Counted from the first letter of the stretch, positions 1 through 10,390 are shown. The stretch: DNA of 32,000 nucleotides from Pseudidiomarina andamanensis (GCF_009734345.1 NZ_CP032551.1:2250001-2282000), one strand, 5' to 3'. The notes: generated by a model not told the origin, from the letters alone. Numbers and translations are program-made.

Positions 1-1
1 T

Positions 2-928
2 GAAGATAGCTTGATGCGGATGTTTGCGTCTGAGCGTATGGCGACCATGATGAAGCGTCTCGGTATGAAACGCGGCGAAGCAATTGAGCACCCGTGGGTT
101 AGCCGCGCAATTGAAAATGCGCAACGCAAAGTTGAAGGCCGTAACTTCGATATTCGTAAGCAATTGCTTGAATATGATGATGTTGCCAACGACCAACGTA
201 AAGTGGTGTATGAACAACGCAACGAGCTGCTTGATGAAGGCGATATCTCAGAAACCATCGAAGCGATTCGTGCTGACGTCATTGACCGTGTGATTAGCGA
301 GTACATTCCACCGCAATCACTTGTTGAATTGTGGGATCTTGAAGGTCTCGAAGAGCGCCTGCGTGCTGATTTCGCACTGCCATTGCCGATTCAGCAATGG
401 TTGGAAGAAGACGACAAGCTTCACGAAGAAATCCTGCGTGAGCGTATTCTTGATGAGCTAGTAAAAGCTTATAAAGACAAAGAACAGATGGTTGGCGAGC
501 AAGTGATTCGCCAGTTCGAGAAAACGATTATGCTGCAAAGCCTCGATATGCACTGGAAAGAGCATTTGGCGGCCATGGATCACTTGCGTCAAGGTATTCA
601 TTTACGCGGCTATGCGCAGAAGAACCCGAAACAAGAGTACAAGCGTGAGGCATTCGAACTGTTCGCTGAAATGTTAGAAGCATTGAAGCTTGAAGTGGTA
701 ACAATTCTGAGCAAAGTACGTGTTCGTGCGGAAGAAGATGTTGAAGCCGTTGAAGCGAAACGTCGCGCCGCCGAAGCTGCACAGCAAAAAGAATACCAAC
801 ACGAAGGCGCTGCCACCAGCGGCACTGAGCCATCGCCAGAGCAAGCTGCGGCTGCTCAGGTTGGTCGCAACGACCCATGCCCATGCGGTTCTGGAAAGAA
901 ATTTAAACAGTGTCATGGCAAAATCTAA
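2..928 (+). CDS. secA: Preprotein translocase ATPase SecA, C-terminal part (5' end lies outside the window)
   Basis: The frame is open from the window edge. The translation contains SecA-typical blocks ([42 protein letters not shown]) and the C-terminal zinc-binding tail [19 protein letters not shown]. Stop TAA at 926-928. Confidence 0.97.
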   Translation, partial: EDSLMRMFASERMATMMKRLGMKRGEAIEHPWVSRAIENAQRKVEGRNFDIRKQLLEYDDVANDQRKVVYEQRNELLDEGDISETIEAIRADVIDRVISEYIPPQSLVELWDLEGLEERLRADFALPLPIQQWLEEDDKLHEEILRERILDELVKAYKDKEQMVGEQVIRQFEKTIMLQSLDMHWKEHLAAMDHLRQGIHLRGYAQKNPKQEYKREAFELFAEMLEALKLEVVTILSKVRVRAEEDVEAVEAKRRAAEAAQQKEYQHEGAATSGTEPSPEQAAAAQVGRNDPCPCGSGKKFKQCHGKI

Positions 929-1322
929 ACGCGTACACGTTGCCGTTGGGGTGATTCAAAACCCCGACGGCGATGTGTTTATTAGTCGTCGTCACGCCCA
1001 TCTTCATCAGGGCAACAAATGGGAATTTCCTGGCGGTAAAGTTGAAGCCGACGAGGATGTCTACCAAGCGTTGTGCCGTGAACTTTTCGAAGAATGCAAC
1101 ATTACGGTACAAGCCGCTGCACCATTCACCGCGATTAGCTTTGATTATCCTGACAAACAGGTGTTGTTAGACGTTTGGGTGGTCACTGAATTTGATGGAG
1201 CGGTACGTCAGCAAGAAGGGCAAGAATGGGCGTGGGTGCCTTTGCATCAACTTGATGCCTATCCGTTTCCTGAAGCCAACCAACCGATTATTGAACGGTT
1301 ACAAGCGCAAACCGCGCGTTAA
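915..1322 (+). CDS. mutT: 8-oxo-dGTP diphosphatase MutT (Nudix hydrolase)
   Basis: Nudix box [24 protein letters not shown]. The ATG at 915 gives a MutT-sized protein (135 aa) and overlaps the secA end by 14 nt. Position directly after secA matches E. coli. The upstream part of the 720..1322 ORF is just the alternate frame of secA. Confidence 0.9.
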   Translation: MAKSKRVHVAVGVIQNPDGDVFISRRHAHLHQGNKWEFPGGKVEADEDVYQALCRELFEECNITVQAAAPFTAISFDYPDKQVLLDVWVVTEFDGAVRQQEGQEWAWVPLHQLDAYPFPEANQPIIERLQAQTAR

Positions 1323-1327
1323 ATTGA

Positions 1328-2101
1328 TTACGGGCAGAGTGCTAATTCGAATTCGACTTCTTCGTCGACTGAAGCTTTGCCGTTAATTGGCTCGTAGCGT
1401 AAAAAGCGAATACTGAAACGCTGTTTGTGACCAGAAATTACCGGGTAAGCGGGCAAATCGGCCGGCACACGAATACGTAATAAGCTAAGAGGTTCGGTGC
1501 TTTCTTGCAACAGACCATTTGGCGCGCTCACTGGCTGATAACGTGCCTGACCGCGCATGAGTTCTAACTCCAACAAGAGCCCATTTACCAGAATCTCCAG
1601 CTCAGACCACCAACGTGCGGTATCCGCATCGCGGATTTGCTGCGGTTGATGCAACCAAAAGTGCAATTGCGGCACATCGAAGTTACAGGTGCCACCAGGC
1701 ATCGCAAAGCGCTGACGAATTGCACTTAACAAGCGATCTTGCTTTAAGTTACTACCCACTCGGTTAATCGGTTGAATTGCCTGCAGCGCTTGATCGACGT
1801 GATTTAATGTTTGCTCTAAAGAATCTTGATTGACATCTGGGTGTTGAGCCCAAACTTTAAGCTGTGCCTTACGACGTTCGAGATCTTTTTGTACATCCGT
1901 ACGCACATCACTACGTTCACAAAGATCAAGAATCGAAAACAACGCACTAAAATATCGGGTGTAGTTCTGCAGCGTAACCGGCGTGTCAGGTTGCAACGCT
2001 TGCAGGATATGTTCCAGACGCAAATACGTACGCACCCGCTCAAGAAGCGGGTACTCATAAGCTATGGTTGCATGATTATTATTATTCATCTGCTCTATCA
2101 T
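1328..2101 (-). CDS. zapD: Cell division protein ZapD (YacF)
   Basis: The N-terminus YEYPLLERVRTYLRLEHILQAL resembles the E. coli ZapD N-terminus. Size (257 aa) and position downstream of coaE fit. An alternative start at the fifth codon (2089) is possible. Confidence 0.85.
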   Translation of the reverse strand: MIEQMNNNNHATIAYEYPLLERVRTYLRLEHILQALQPDTPVTLQNYTRYFSALFSILDLCERSDVRTDVQKDLERRKAQLKVWAQHPDVNQDSLEQTLNHVDQALQAIQPINRVGSNLKQDRLLSAIRQRFAMPGGTCNFDVPQLHFWLHQPQQIRDADTARWWSELEILVNGLLLELELMRGQARYQPVSAPNGLLQESTEPLSLLRIRVPADLPAYPVISGHKQRFSIRFLRYEPINGKASVDEEVEFELALCP

Positions 2102-2120
2102 AGCCGCTTATTCTGAAGTT

Positions 2121-2732
2121 TCAATGAGTTGACTGTTTTGCTAGTGCTAAACGTAAGTAAAGCTCGTGTAGCTTCTCAACTTGTGGTGTTAATTCTGATT
2201 CATCGCCTTCGTTGCGAATGATGTTATCTGCAGCCTGCAGGCGCTGTTCGCGTGAAGCTTGCGCGTTAATAATCGATTGCACTTGATCTTCACTTACATC
2301 ATCACGCTGTTGTGTACGCTGTAGCTGCGTCGCCTCGCTCACATCGATGACTAAAACACGGTCACATAGCTTGGTCAGACGGTTCTCAATCAGCAATGGT
2401 GCGGAAAGAATCACATACGGCGACTGCGCTTGGTGTAGCTGACTGAGAATTTGCTCTCGGATAAGTGGGTGGGTGAGGTCGTTCAACCAGTGTTTGTCTT
2501 CAGGGTGCTTAAAAATCCGCTCACGCAGCCAAGCACGATTCAGACTGCCATCATCCAGCAGGGCCTCTTTGCCGTAACGCGCTTCAACCGCTGTCAGTGC
2601 TTCGCCGCCCTTATCCATGATATGACGCGCAATCACATCGGCATCGACAATCACAATACCGTGCTGCTGAAATAAATTGGTGACCGTGGTTTTACCACTA
2701 CCAATACCACCAGTAACACCCACCACAAACAT
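2121..2732 (-). CDS. coaE: Dephospho-CoA kinase
   Basis: N-terminal P-loop VGVTGGIGSGKTT. Size is 203 aa and the position after pilD is conserved. The start ATG overlaps the pilD stop by 1 nt (TAATG). Confidence 0.93.
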   Translation of the reverse strand: MFVVGVTGGIGSGKTTVTNLFQQHGIVIVDADVIARHIMDKGGEALTAVEARYGKEALLDDGSLNRAWLRERIFKHPEDKHWLNDLTHPLIREQILSQLHQAQSPYVILSAPLLIENRLTKLCDRVLVIDVSEATQLQRTQQRDDVSEDQVQSIINAQASREQRLQAADNIIRNEGDESELTPQVEKLHELYLRLALAKQSTH

Positions 2733-3598
2733 TATCTAGCTACCCAATTGAGGTAGCCAGTAAGTAAAGACTCACCCCAAAACATAGCAATCACTCCACC
2801 GCAAATCAAAAACGGGCCAAATGGAATCGGTTGACCTTGCTTATTGCGGTTAAGCGTTTGCCACGCAATACCAATAACAGCACCGCTCGCTGCCGCAGCA
2901 ATAATGGTTACCGGTAAAAGTTGATAGCCGTGCCATGCGCCAAACGCTGCTAGTAGCTTAAAGTCGCCGTACCCCATGCCTTCCTTGCCGGTAAGCAATT
3001 TAAAGCCCCAGTAGACGCTCCAGAGGGCTAAATAGCCGGCCATAGCGCCAATGACAGCATCTTTTAGTGGCATATGACCGCTATACATCGCAAAACCCAG
3101 CCCTGTCCATAACATCAGGTAGGTCATTTGGTCAGGCAGTAGCATGTGATCAGCATCAATAAAAAACATGCTAATGAGCAAGCAAGCGAGGAATAAATAG
3201 ATAAATGTCGTGATGGTGAAACCTAAGTTCCAAACCACTACAGCAAAAATAATACCGGTTAGCAGCTCAATGGCTGGGTACCGCGCTGAGATCTTGGTAC
3301 CACAGCTACGACATTTCGCTTTTAGCACAAGCCAGCTAAGCACTGGAATATTGTCGTACCATTTAATTGGTGACTGACATTTCGGGCAATGCGAATTCGG
3401 CTTGGCGAGATTAAATGGCTCATGTTGTTCAGGTTCAACACCATTCACTTCAGCACATTCACGCTGCCACTGACGTTGCATCATGACCGGAAAGCGGCCA
3501 ATGACCACATTCAGAAAGCTACCAACCACAAGGCCTAGCAGCAAACCAAAAACCGTCACCCACCAAGTTTGCGCAGGGTAATCGACAACGAATTCCAT
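2732..3598 (-). CDS. pilD: Prepilin peptidase / N-methyltransferase PilD
   Basis: Cys pairs CPKCQ...CRSCG, the active-site region GMGYGDFKL, and multiple transmembrane segments. The start was chosen at MEFVV (ATG 3596-3598), just downstream of the pilC stop (3600-3602). The longer ORF from 3649 would overlap pilC. Confidence 0.93.
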   Translation of the reverse strand: MEFVVDYPAQTWWVTVFGLLLGLVVGSFLNVVIGRFPVMMQRQWQRECAEVNGVEPEQHEPFNLAKPNSHCPKCQSPIKWYDNIPVLSWLVLKAKCRSCGTKISARYPAIELLTGIIFAVVVWNLGFTITTFIYLFLACLLISMFFIDADHMLLPDQMTYLMLWTGLGFAMYSGHMPLKDAVIGAMAGYLALWSVYWGFKLLTGKEGMGYGDFKLLAAFGAWHGYQLLPVTIIAAAASGAVIGIAWQTLNRNKQGQPIPFGPFLICGGVIAMFWGESLLTGYLNWVAR

Positions 3599-3599
3599 G

Positions 3600-4826
3600 T
3601 TAGCTAACCACCTTACCGAGTGAGAAGATAGGTAAGTACATGGCAACAATCAAGCCACCAACAAGCACACCAATGACAACCATGATCATGGGCTCGAGTA
3701 GGGCGGTTAGGTTATCGACGAGGTCATCCACTTCACGTTCATAGATACTCGCAACTTTTGCCAACATATCGTCCAGTGAACCGGACTCTTCACCAATGAA
3801 CACCATTTGTTCAGCCAGGGTTGGGAATAAATCTTGCGATTGCATGGCCGTATTCATTTGCATACCCGAGGTTACTTCTTCACGAATGCGCAAAATGGCA
3901 TCACGATAAACAGCGTTCCCTGAAGCACCAGCTGCCGATTCGAGGGCGTTAATGAGCGGCACACCCGCAGCAAAGGTCGTCGAAAGTGTACGCGCAAAAC
4001 GCGCCACCGCAGCTTTATTCAAAATTTCTTTAATGACTGGAATTTTGAGTGAGTACGCATCGACTTTGTCGCGAAGTTTTTGACTTTTCGAATAGGCACG
4101 CTTAAACAACCAACCTGCGACAATAAACCCGGCGACCACGTATAAGAAATAAGCTTGGACAATCTCTGACAGTGTCACGACAAACTGTGTCATGGCAGGT
4201 AACTCAGCACCGAAATCTTTAAATACTGCTTCGAACTGAGGTACCACGAATACCAGCAAGATAATGGTCACAACAATCGCGACCACGATAACCGACGCCG
4301 GATAAACCAAGGCTTTTTTGATTTTCGCTTTAAGTGCTTCTGATTTTTCGCGGTAGGTCGCTATACGATCGAAAATGGTTTCCAAAGACCCTGATTGCTC
4401 ACCTGAATCAACAAGGTCACAGTACAAACTGTCGAAAACGTCTGGGTGTTTACGCAATGATGATGCGAATGGTGAACCGGCGGCGACATCGTTGGCAATG
4501 GTGAGCATGAGATCACGAATTTTCGGATTCTCAACACCTTTAGCAACCATCTCTAAAGATTGTAATAACGGCACGCCAGCACTTAACATGGTAGCGATTT
4601 GACGAGTAAATAGCGCGATATCACCACCGTTTATTTTCTTACCACCAAATAATGATTTACCTTTTTTCTTCACGCTCTTCGGCATCACGCCTTGGTCGCG
4701 AAGCTTTGCGCGAACGTGCTTGTCATTATCAGCGCGCATCACGCCTTTGACGCGTTGCCCACGCTTATTAATACCCGTCCAGGTAAACTCGGAAATTTCT
4801 TTGATGGCTTGTGGCTTTTTGGCCAT
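3600..4826 (-). CDS. pilC: Type IV pilus inner-membrane platform protein PilC
   Basis: 408 aa with a duplicated GspF/PilC-type domain architecture. It sits between pilB and pilD. Confidence 0.94.
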   Translation of the reverse strand: MAKKPQAIKEISEFTWTGINKRGQRVKGVMRADNDKHVRAKLRDQGVMPKSVKKKGKSLFGGKKINGGDIALFTRQIATMLSAGVPLLQSLEMVAKGVENPKIRDLMLTIANDVAAGSPFASSLRKHPDVFDSLYCDLVDSGEQSGSLETIFDRIATYREKSEALKAKIKKALVYPASVIVVAIVVTIILLVFVVPQFEAVFKDFGAELPAMTQFVVTLSEIVQAYFLYVVAGFIVAGWLFKRAYSKSQKLRDKVDAYSLKIPVIKEILNKAAVARFARTLSTTFAAGVPLINALESAAGASGNAVYRDAILRIREEVTSGMQMNTAMQSQDLFPTLAEQMVFIGEESGSLDDMLAKVASIYEREVDDLVDNLTALLEPMIMVVIGVLVGGLIVAMYLPIFSLGKVVS

Positions 4827-4857
4827 GACTGCACCTTTATTATTCTGATTATACTAA

Positions 4858-6555
4858 TTAGAAGTTGGTGACACGGTTGGCTTCTGCCAGGCTAATGGTA
4901 CCTTTTAATACTTTCAACAATGCCGACTGGCGTAATGAGTTAATGCCGTCTCGACGTGCCTGCTTCGCAATTTCTAGTGACGATGACCCCTGCATTATAA
5001 GGTCTGCAATGTTGTCTGTAATGGGCATAACTTCGTATACACCTGTACGACCTTTATACCCGCCGGTGCATTGATCGCAACCAACCGCCTTGAATATTTT
5101 CGCAGTCTTTACCTGTTCTTCAGAAAAGCCTTGGCGCAACATTTCTTCTTTCGGTAACTTTTCTTCATCTTTGCAAGTGTTACATAAACGTCTGGCAAGA
5201 CGCTGGGCAATAATCAGAGTCACCGAACCCGCAATGTTGTAAGATGGCACGCCCATGTTCATCAAACGTGTCAGTGTTTCCGCAGCAGAGTTGGTGTGCA
5301 AGGTTGAGAGAACTAAGTGACCGGTTTGTGCTGCTTTAATCGCAATTTCAGCGGTCTCTAAGTCACGAATCTCACCCACCATCACCACGTCGGGATCCTG
5401 ACGTAAGAAAGAGCGCAGTGCATCAGCGAAGGTTAAACCTGCTTTGACGTTAATCTGAACCTGGTTAATTCCCATCAAGTTAATTTCAACAGGGTCTTCC
5501 GCCGTTGAAATATTTCGTTCTGGGGTGTTCAAGATATTCAAACCGGTATAGAGCGAGACGGTTTTACCGGAACCTGTCGGACCCGTCACTAGAATCATGC
5601 CCTGTGGCTTTTCTAGAGCTTCTTCATAGAGCTTTTGCTGGTCGGGTTCATAACCCAATGATTCGATACCTATCATGGCTGCCGCAGCATCGAGTATCCG
5701 CAGTACGATTTTCTCGCCATACAACGTCGGCAGGGTACTGACCCGGAAATCAATCGCTTTATGTTTCGATAATTTGAGTTTAATACGACCATCTTGCGGT
5801 AATCGACGCTCGGCAATATCGAGCTGTGACATGACTTTTAAACGTGCAGCGATACGACCAGCGAGTTGCACTGGAGGTTTCGCAATTTCGTGTAACACGC
5901 CATCAATACGGAAACGAACCCGATACTCTTGTTCGTACGGCTCAAAGTGCAAATCCGATGCACCGCGTTTAATTGCATCAAGCAGCATTTTATTGATGTA
6001 GATAACAATAGGGGCATCGTTCTTCACATCGGCAGATACTGCACCACTATCATCTTGACGTTCGCCTTCGGCATCAATGTCACGAAGTTCTTGCTCGTCT
6101 TCGGCAGTAACGCCTAGTGCAGATGAGTCATTCTCAAGTACCGTATCAATTAACTTTTGTAGCTTGTTTTCTTCTACCAATACCGCTTCAGTTTGCATTC
6201 GAGTGCGAAACTGAAATTCATCAAGCGTTTCAATCCGTGTGGGATCCGAAACCGCCACGTACAGCACGCTGCCCCGCATGTACAGCGGTATCGCATGGTT
6301 CTTACGAATTAAGCGTTCATTGATAAATTCTTGCGGAATGTAATCAGGGTTAAAAGCGTCAAGATCGAGCCAAGGAGCGTTTGATTCGAGGTAACAAAAG
6401 TTGGCAAGTTCGCTTGGCGAAATAAGCTTCTGGTCAATTAAGCAGGCACTGAATGGAAGTTTATTTTCCCAAGCATACTCACTGCATTTGGTGAGTTTAT
6501 CTTCAGGGATGAGTTTGTCACGCAGCAACAGCGCCGCGAGGGAGTGATGCAGCAT
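4858..6555 (-). CDS. pilB: Type IV pilus assembly ATPase PilB
   Basis: Walker A GPTGSGKT, GspE-family motifs ([17 protein letters not shown]) and the tetracysteine CNTC...CDQC. Confidence 0.96.
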   Translation of the reverse strand: MLHHSLAALLLRDKLIPEDKLTKCSEYAWENKLPFSACLIDQKLISPSELANFCYLESNAPWLDLDAFNPDYIPQEFINERLIRKNHAIPLYMRGSVLYVAVSDPTRIETLDEFQFRTRMQTEAVLVEENKLQKLIDTVLENDSSALGVTAEDEQELRDIDAEGERQDDSGAVSADVKNDAPIVIYINKMLLDAIKRGASDLHFEPYEQEYRVRFRIDGVLHEIAKPPVQLAGRIAARLKVMSQLDIAERRLPQDGRIKLKLSKHKAIDFRVSTLPTLYGEKIVLRILDAAAAMIGIESLGYEPDQQKLYEEALEKPQGMILVTGPTGSGKTVSLYTGLNILNTPERNISTAEDPVEINLMGINQVQINVKAGLTFADALRSFLRQDPDVVMVGEIRDLETAEIAIKAAQTGHLVLSTLHTNSAAETLTRLMNMGVPSYNIAGSVTLIIAQRLARRLCNTCKDEEKLPKEEMLRQGFSEEQVKTAKIFKAVGCDQCTGGYKGRTGVYEVMPITDNIADLIMQGSSSLEIAKQARRDGINSLRQSALLKVLKGTISLAEANRVTNF

Positions 6556-6582
6556 GATTTAATTTAACCTTCTTTAAAATGA

Positions 6583-6618
6583 AAGGCCTCAAACGATAGA
6601 CAACGTGTTTGAGGCCTT
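6583..6618 (-). terminator. Hairpin between pilA and pilB; candidate attenuator or terminator after pilA
   Basis: Perfect 12-bp stem aaggcctcaaac (6583-6594) / gtttgaggcctt (6607-6618). On the minus strand it is followed by ttcatttt. Confidence 0.6.
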
Positions 6619-6645
6619 AAACTACAAACCTATAATTAGAAACGC

Positions 6646-7170
6646 TTAGACAGCAGGATCTGGTTCTGCAGTTGTTTTAGGTGTTGTAGAACAACCATCT
6701 ACTCGCGAACCTTTGGTGAAGTCTGAACAACCGATAGTCCAGTTGAGGACACCACCACCAGTTGAAGCCTCTGGGCTGATAGTTACTTCAATTGGGGTTC
6801 CATCGACATCTACGGCTTCTAGAGTTGCAGTGATCAAACCACCTTGTACATCAGCTTCGGTTACGCCATTGACGTTATCGGTTGAAGTAATCGCCGGCGG
6901 GATAGGAGTCGGTGTACCGGCGACTGTAGAGCCGTCAGCAGCTGTTGAGTCAGGAATAGTCGCATTACAATTAGTCAACGCGCCATAAGTCTGGTAGCAC
7001 ATTGCCACAGTAGTTTTGTAGTTAGCCAACGCAGCTAAGCCAGTAGAAGCTTTTGCACGCTGGGTGTAGTCGCTGTACATAGGAATTGCAACAGCAGCCA
7101 AGATACCGATAATCGCAACAACGATCATCAATTCGATTAAGGTAAAACCTTTTTGAACTTGCGCTTTCAT
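6646..7170 (-). CDS. pilA: Type IVa major pilin PilA
   Basis: Short leader MKAQVQKG followed by [22 protein letters not shown] (G-1, F+1, E+5). C-terminal disulfide loop [13 protein letters not shown]. Position upstream of pilBCD. Confidence 0.93.
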   Translation of the reverse strand: MKAQVQKGFTLIELMIVVAIIGILAAVAIPMYSDYTQRAKASTGLAALANYKTTVAMCYQTYGALTNCNATIPDSTAADGSTVAGTPTPIPPAITSTDNVNGVTEADVQGGLITATLEAVDVDGTPIEVTISPEASTGGGVLNWTIGCSDFTKGSRVDGCSTTPKTTAEPDPAV

Positions 7171-7390
7171 GAAATATCTCCCGAAAGTAATTTCAACTTA
7201 TTAGTTATTGTAGTTGTCTAAAAGTAGCATCCAGATGCACTTCACCACTTGGATGGCCGCTTTACGGACCACTACAAGTCTTCTGCATCAGCCGAAAGAA
7301 CAAGTGGTTTTTGCTTTGACGACTTTCATCGGAAAGCTACTTCATCCACCAGACTTTAGCCTGCAGCCCCGCTATCCGCTGGTATTTTCC

Positions 7391-7407
7391 CGCAGGATAA
7401 ATGCCAG
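7391..7407 (-). promoter_or_regulatory. Candidate sigma-54 (-24/-12) promoter upstream of pilA
   Basis: The minus strand reads CTGGCATTTATCCTGCG. TGGCA and TGC have the exact GG-to-GC spacing of the YTGGCACGrNNNTTGCW consensus. It lies about 220 nt upstream of the pilA ATG. pilA is RpoN-dependent in Pseudomonas aeruginosa. Confidence 0.3.
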
Positions 7408-7542
7408 TTGGACCGGAGGTTTTGCGTCACCACCTCTCGGTGGCTTTGCCTTTTAAAGCATGCCTGGCAGCCAAGCCCATTGCTGGTGCTTAGTTGCACA
7501 TTGCAATACGAAAGATAGCAGAAGCTGACAATTCGTCAATAG

Positions 7543-8439
<897 letters not shown>

Positions 8440-8493
8440 TCAAATTGCGCTTATTGTAGGGCGACCGGCCACTTCCCACAAGGCGCTTCGCGA

Positions 8494-9123
8494 TTAATCG
8501 GCGTTGCGTAAAATTTCGCGGGTTTCTAACAAATACAATTCAAACAGTTTGTAATGTGTGGCGTTGAGTATTTGCGTGACATTCACACGCGATTTTTTCA
8601 GTTTATTCGCCAGTGCTTGATGCGTCATTGGCATAAATCGCAGGTAATAACTGAGTACTTGCGCTTGCGTTGTTGTTAACTGCGACATTAAGGCATCGGC
8701 GAACTTTGTTGTGAGCCTTAACCTCTCATTTATCTGCTCACTATCGGTCTGAATACCTAAGCGTTCTTTTTTAATTGCATTCAGCGCTCTCTCAGAAAGC
8801 TGTTCGGCAAGGCGTTTAACTGTCGAATGGTTATTTGATACTTGCGTGACCACACCCACGCCAATGCGTACATCCCAATCTTCTTGTTGCTGCTTGGATT
8901 TAAGAAATAAGCGCAGCAATAACGCAATTGTTATCGCTTGCGCGGCGTGTTCGGTTTCGATAACGAAGCGATTGCCCCGAAATACTTCATAAGAAAGTGG
9001 GATATAGTCATGAATCAGCCGCAACCCGAGTTCAATATGCGCACCAAGATGCCGGCGGCTATCAGCACTTTGATGGGGAGATTCAACGATATCTCCCATT
9101 AACACAGCAAATTGAGCAGACAT
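8494..9123 (-). CDS. Hypothetical protein, SatD-like N-terminal region with a C-terminal helix-turn-helix
   Basis: The N-terminal AVLMGDIVES and later FRGNRF motifs resemble the SatD family as I recall it. The C-terminal segment TQAQVLSYYLRFMPMTHQALANKLKKSRVNVTQIL looks like a wHTH. An AAGGA Shine-Dalgarno lies upstream of the ATG. The assignment is from memory, not a search. Confidence 0.45.
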   Translation of the reverse strand: MSAQFAVLMGDIVESPHQSADSRRHLGAHIELGLRLIHDYIPLSYEVFRGNRFVIETEHAAQAITIALLLRLFLKSKQQQEDWDVRIGVGVVTQVSNNHSTVKRLAEQLSERALNAIKKERLGIQTDSEQINERLRLTTKFADALMSQLTTTQAQVLSYYLRFMPMTHQALANKLKKSRVNVTQILNATHYKLFELYLLETREILRNAD

Positions 9124-9253
9124 GTGATGATTTCCTTAGTTTATTAGGTAATCAAATATAGTTACATGGAGAAAAGTAATCAAAATAAATTACTAAAAAC
9201 CGTCTTGCAATCAAAATTTAAAGTGGAAGAGCTTAATGAAATGGACTAATTTA

Positions 9254-9273
9254 ATTAAATCGTTCGATTTAAT
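9254..9273. promoter_or_regulatory. Perfect palindrome ATTAAATCG-tt-CGATTTAAT; candidate operator of the toxin-antitoxin operon
   Basis: 9-bp arms, ending 1 nt before the GGAG Shine-Dalgarno (9275-9278) of the antitoxin gene. Type II antitoxins typically autorepress through such dyads. Confidence 0.4.
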
Positions 9274-9283
9274 CGGAGTTAAC

Positions 9284-9544
9284 ATGAAGACGATCACCGC
9301 CAATGAAGCAAAAACACATTTCGGCGAACTCATTATGAGTGTGCAGAGTACTCCCGTAAGAATAAATAAGAACGGTAAGCCTGTTGCTGTGATGATGTCA
9401 GTTGAAGAATATGAATTAATTGAGCAAATGAAGCTCGAAGCATTGAAGGCAAGACTAAAGGCATCTGAAGAGCAAGCGCGAGCGGGTCTACTTCACGATG
9501 GAGAAACTGTATTTTCAGATATACTTGCTGGTAAATATGACTGA
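9284..9544 (+). CDS. Type II antitoxin, Phd/YefM family
   Basis: MKTITANEAKTHFGELI...PVRINKNGKPVAVMMSVEEYE is a typical Phd/YefM N-terminal domain. GGAG Shine-Dalgarno 6 nt upstream. Its TGA stop overlaps the toxin ATG (TGATG). Confidence 0.85.
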   Translation: MKTITANEAKTHFGELIMSVQSTPVRINKNGKPVAVMMSVEEYELIEQMKLEALKARLKASEEQARAGLLHDGETVFSDILAGKYD

Positions 9545-9831
9545 TGCTTCATTATAAATTTACGTCGTTAGCACTAGCTGATCTTGTCGAAATTCGGGAG
9601 TATACAGTTGGTCAATGGGGAGCATTAAAAACGAATAGTTACATTGACCAAATTGAATCGACAATAAAGCTTTTATGTGAATTTCCTCAACTAGGGAAAC
9701 TGAATACAAATTTAGATTCTAAATATCAGAGTTATCCGTTTGAGAGTCATATAATTTTTTACATGGTTGAACAAAACACCTTAGTCATTCACGCAATACT
9801 GCATCAACGTATGCTGCCAACGAGACTTTGA
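9544..9831 (+). CDS. Type II toxin, RelE/ParE family (ParE-like)
   Basis: 95 aa with a ParE-like pattern (LALADLVEIREY...FPQLGK...SYPFESHIIFY...LVIHAILHQRM). A 1-nt overlap couples it to the antitoxin gene. Confidence 0.85.
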   Translation: MLHYKFTSLALADLVEIREYTVGQWGALKTNSYIDQIESTIKLLCEFPQLGKLNTNLDSKYQSYPFESHIIFYMVEQNTLVIHAILHQRMLPTRL

Positions 9832-9839
9832 GATGATCT

Positions 9840-10388
9840 ATGATTAACAACGGCTGGCTAGAGAAAGCAACCAAGCGCGAATCGCCGCATGCCGATGAGC
9901 GACCGGATCCTGAAGACATTAGTTTACTGGTGGTTCACGGTATTAGTTTGCCGGCGGGCGAGTTCGGTGGCCCGTATATCGATGACTTATTTATGGGCAC
10001 ACTCGACAGCACGGCACACCCTGATTTCAAAATACTCGAAGGCTTGCGCGTTTCTGCACATTGTTTAATTAGACGCGATGGCGAGCTCCTTCAGTACGTA
10101 CCATTTCATCGTCGCGCTTGGCACGCAGGACGCTCAAACTATTGCGGCCGGCGCCGTTGCAACGACTTTAGTATAGGCATTGAACTTGAGGGAACCGATG
10201 ACCAGCCTTACACTAAAGCGCAATATGCTCGCTTAGCTGAAGTGGTCGAACATCTGCTGCAACACTACCCAGCGTTAACGCGGCATCGTATAGTAGGGCA
10301 CCAACATATTGCGCCGGTGCGAAAAACTGACCCAGGCCCGGCATTTGATTGGGCTTACTTCAAACAACTTGTTAGCGAAAGGGTATAA
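9840..10388 (+). CDS. ampD: 1,6-anhydro-N-acetylmuramyl-L-alanine amidase AmpD
   Basis: GWLEKATKRESPHADERPD...LLVVHGISLPAGEFGGPYIDDLF closely parallels E. coli AmpD. Amidase_2 motifs (RAWHAG) are present. Confidence 0.95.
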   Translation: MINNGWLEKATKRESPHADERPDPEDISLLVVHGISLPAGEFGGPYIDDLFMGTLDSTAHPDFKILEGLRVSAHCLIRRDGELLQYVPFHRRAWHAGRSNYCGRRRCNDFSIGIELEGTDDQPYTKAQYARLAEVVEHLLQHYPALTRHRIVGHQHIAPVRKTDPGPAFDWAYFKQLVSERV

Positions 10389-10390
10389 GC

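Noticed and set aside
7214-7456. 80-aa plus-strand ORF in the nadC-pilA spacer
   Set aside because: It has no Shine-Dalgarno and no recognisable domain. It starts with a non-ATG codon in the track and lies opposite the likely pilA leader. It is treated as non-coding.
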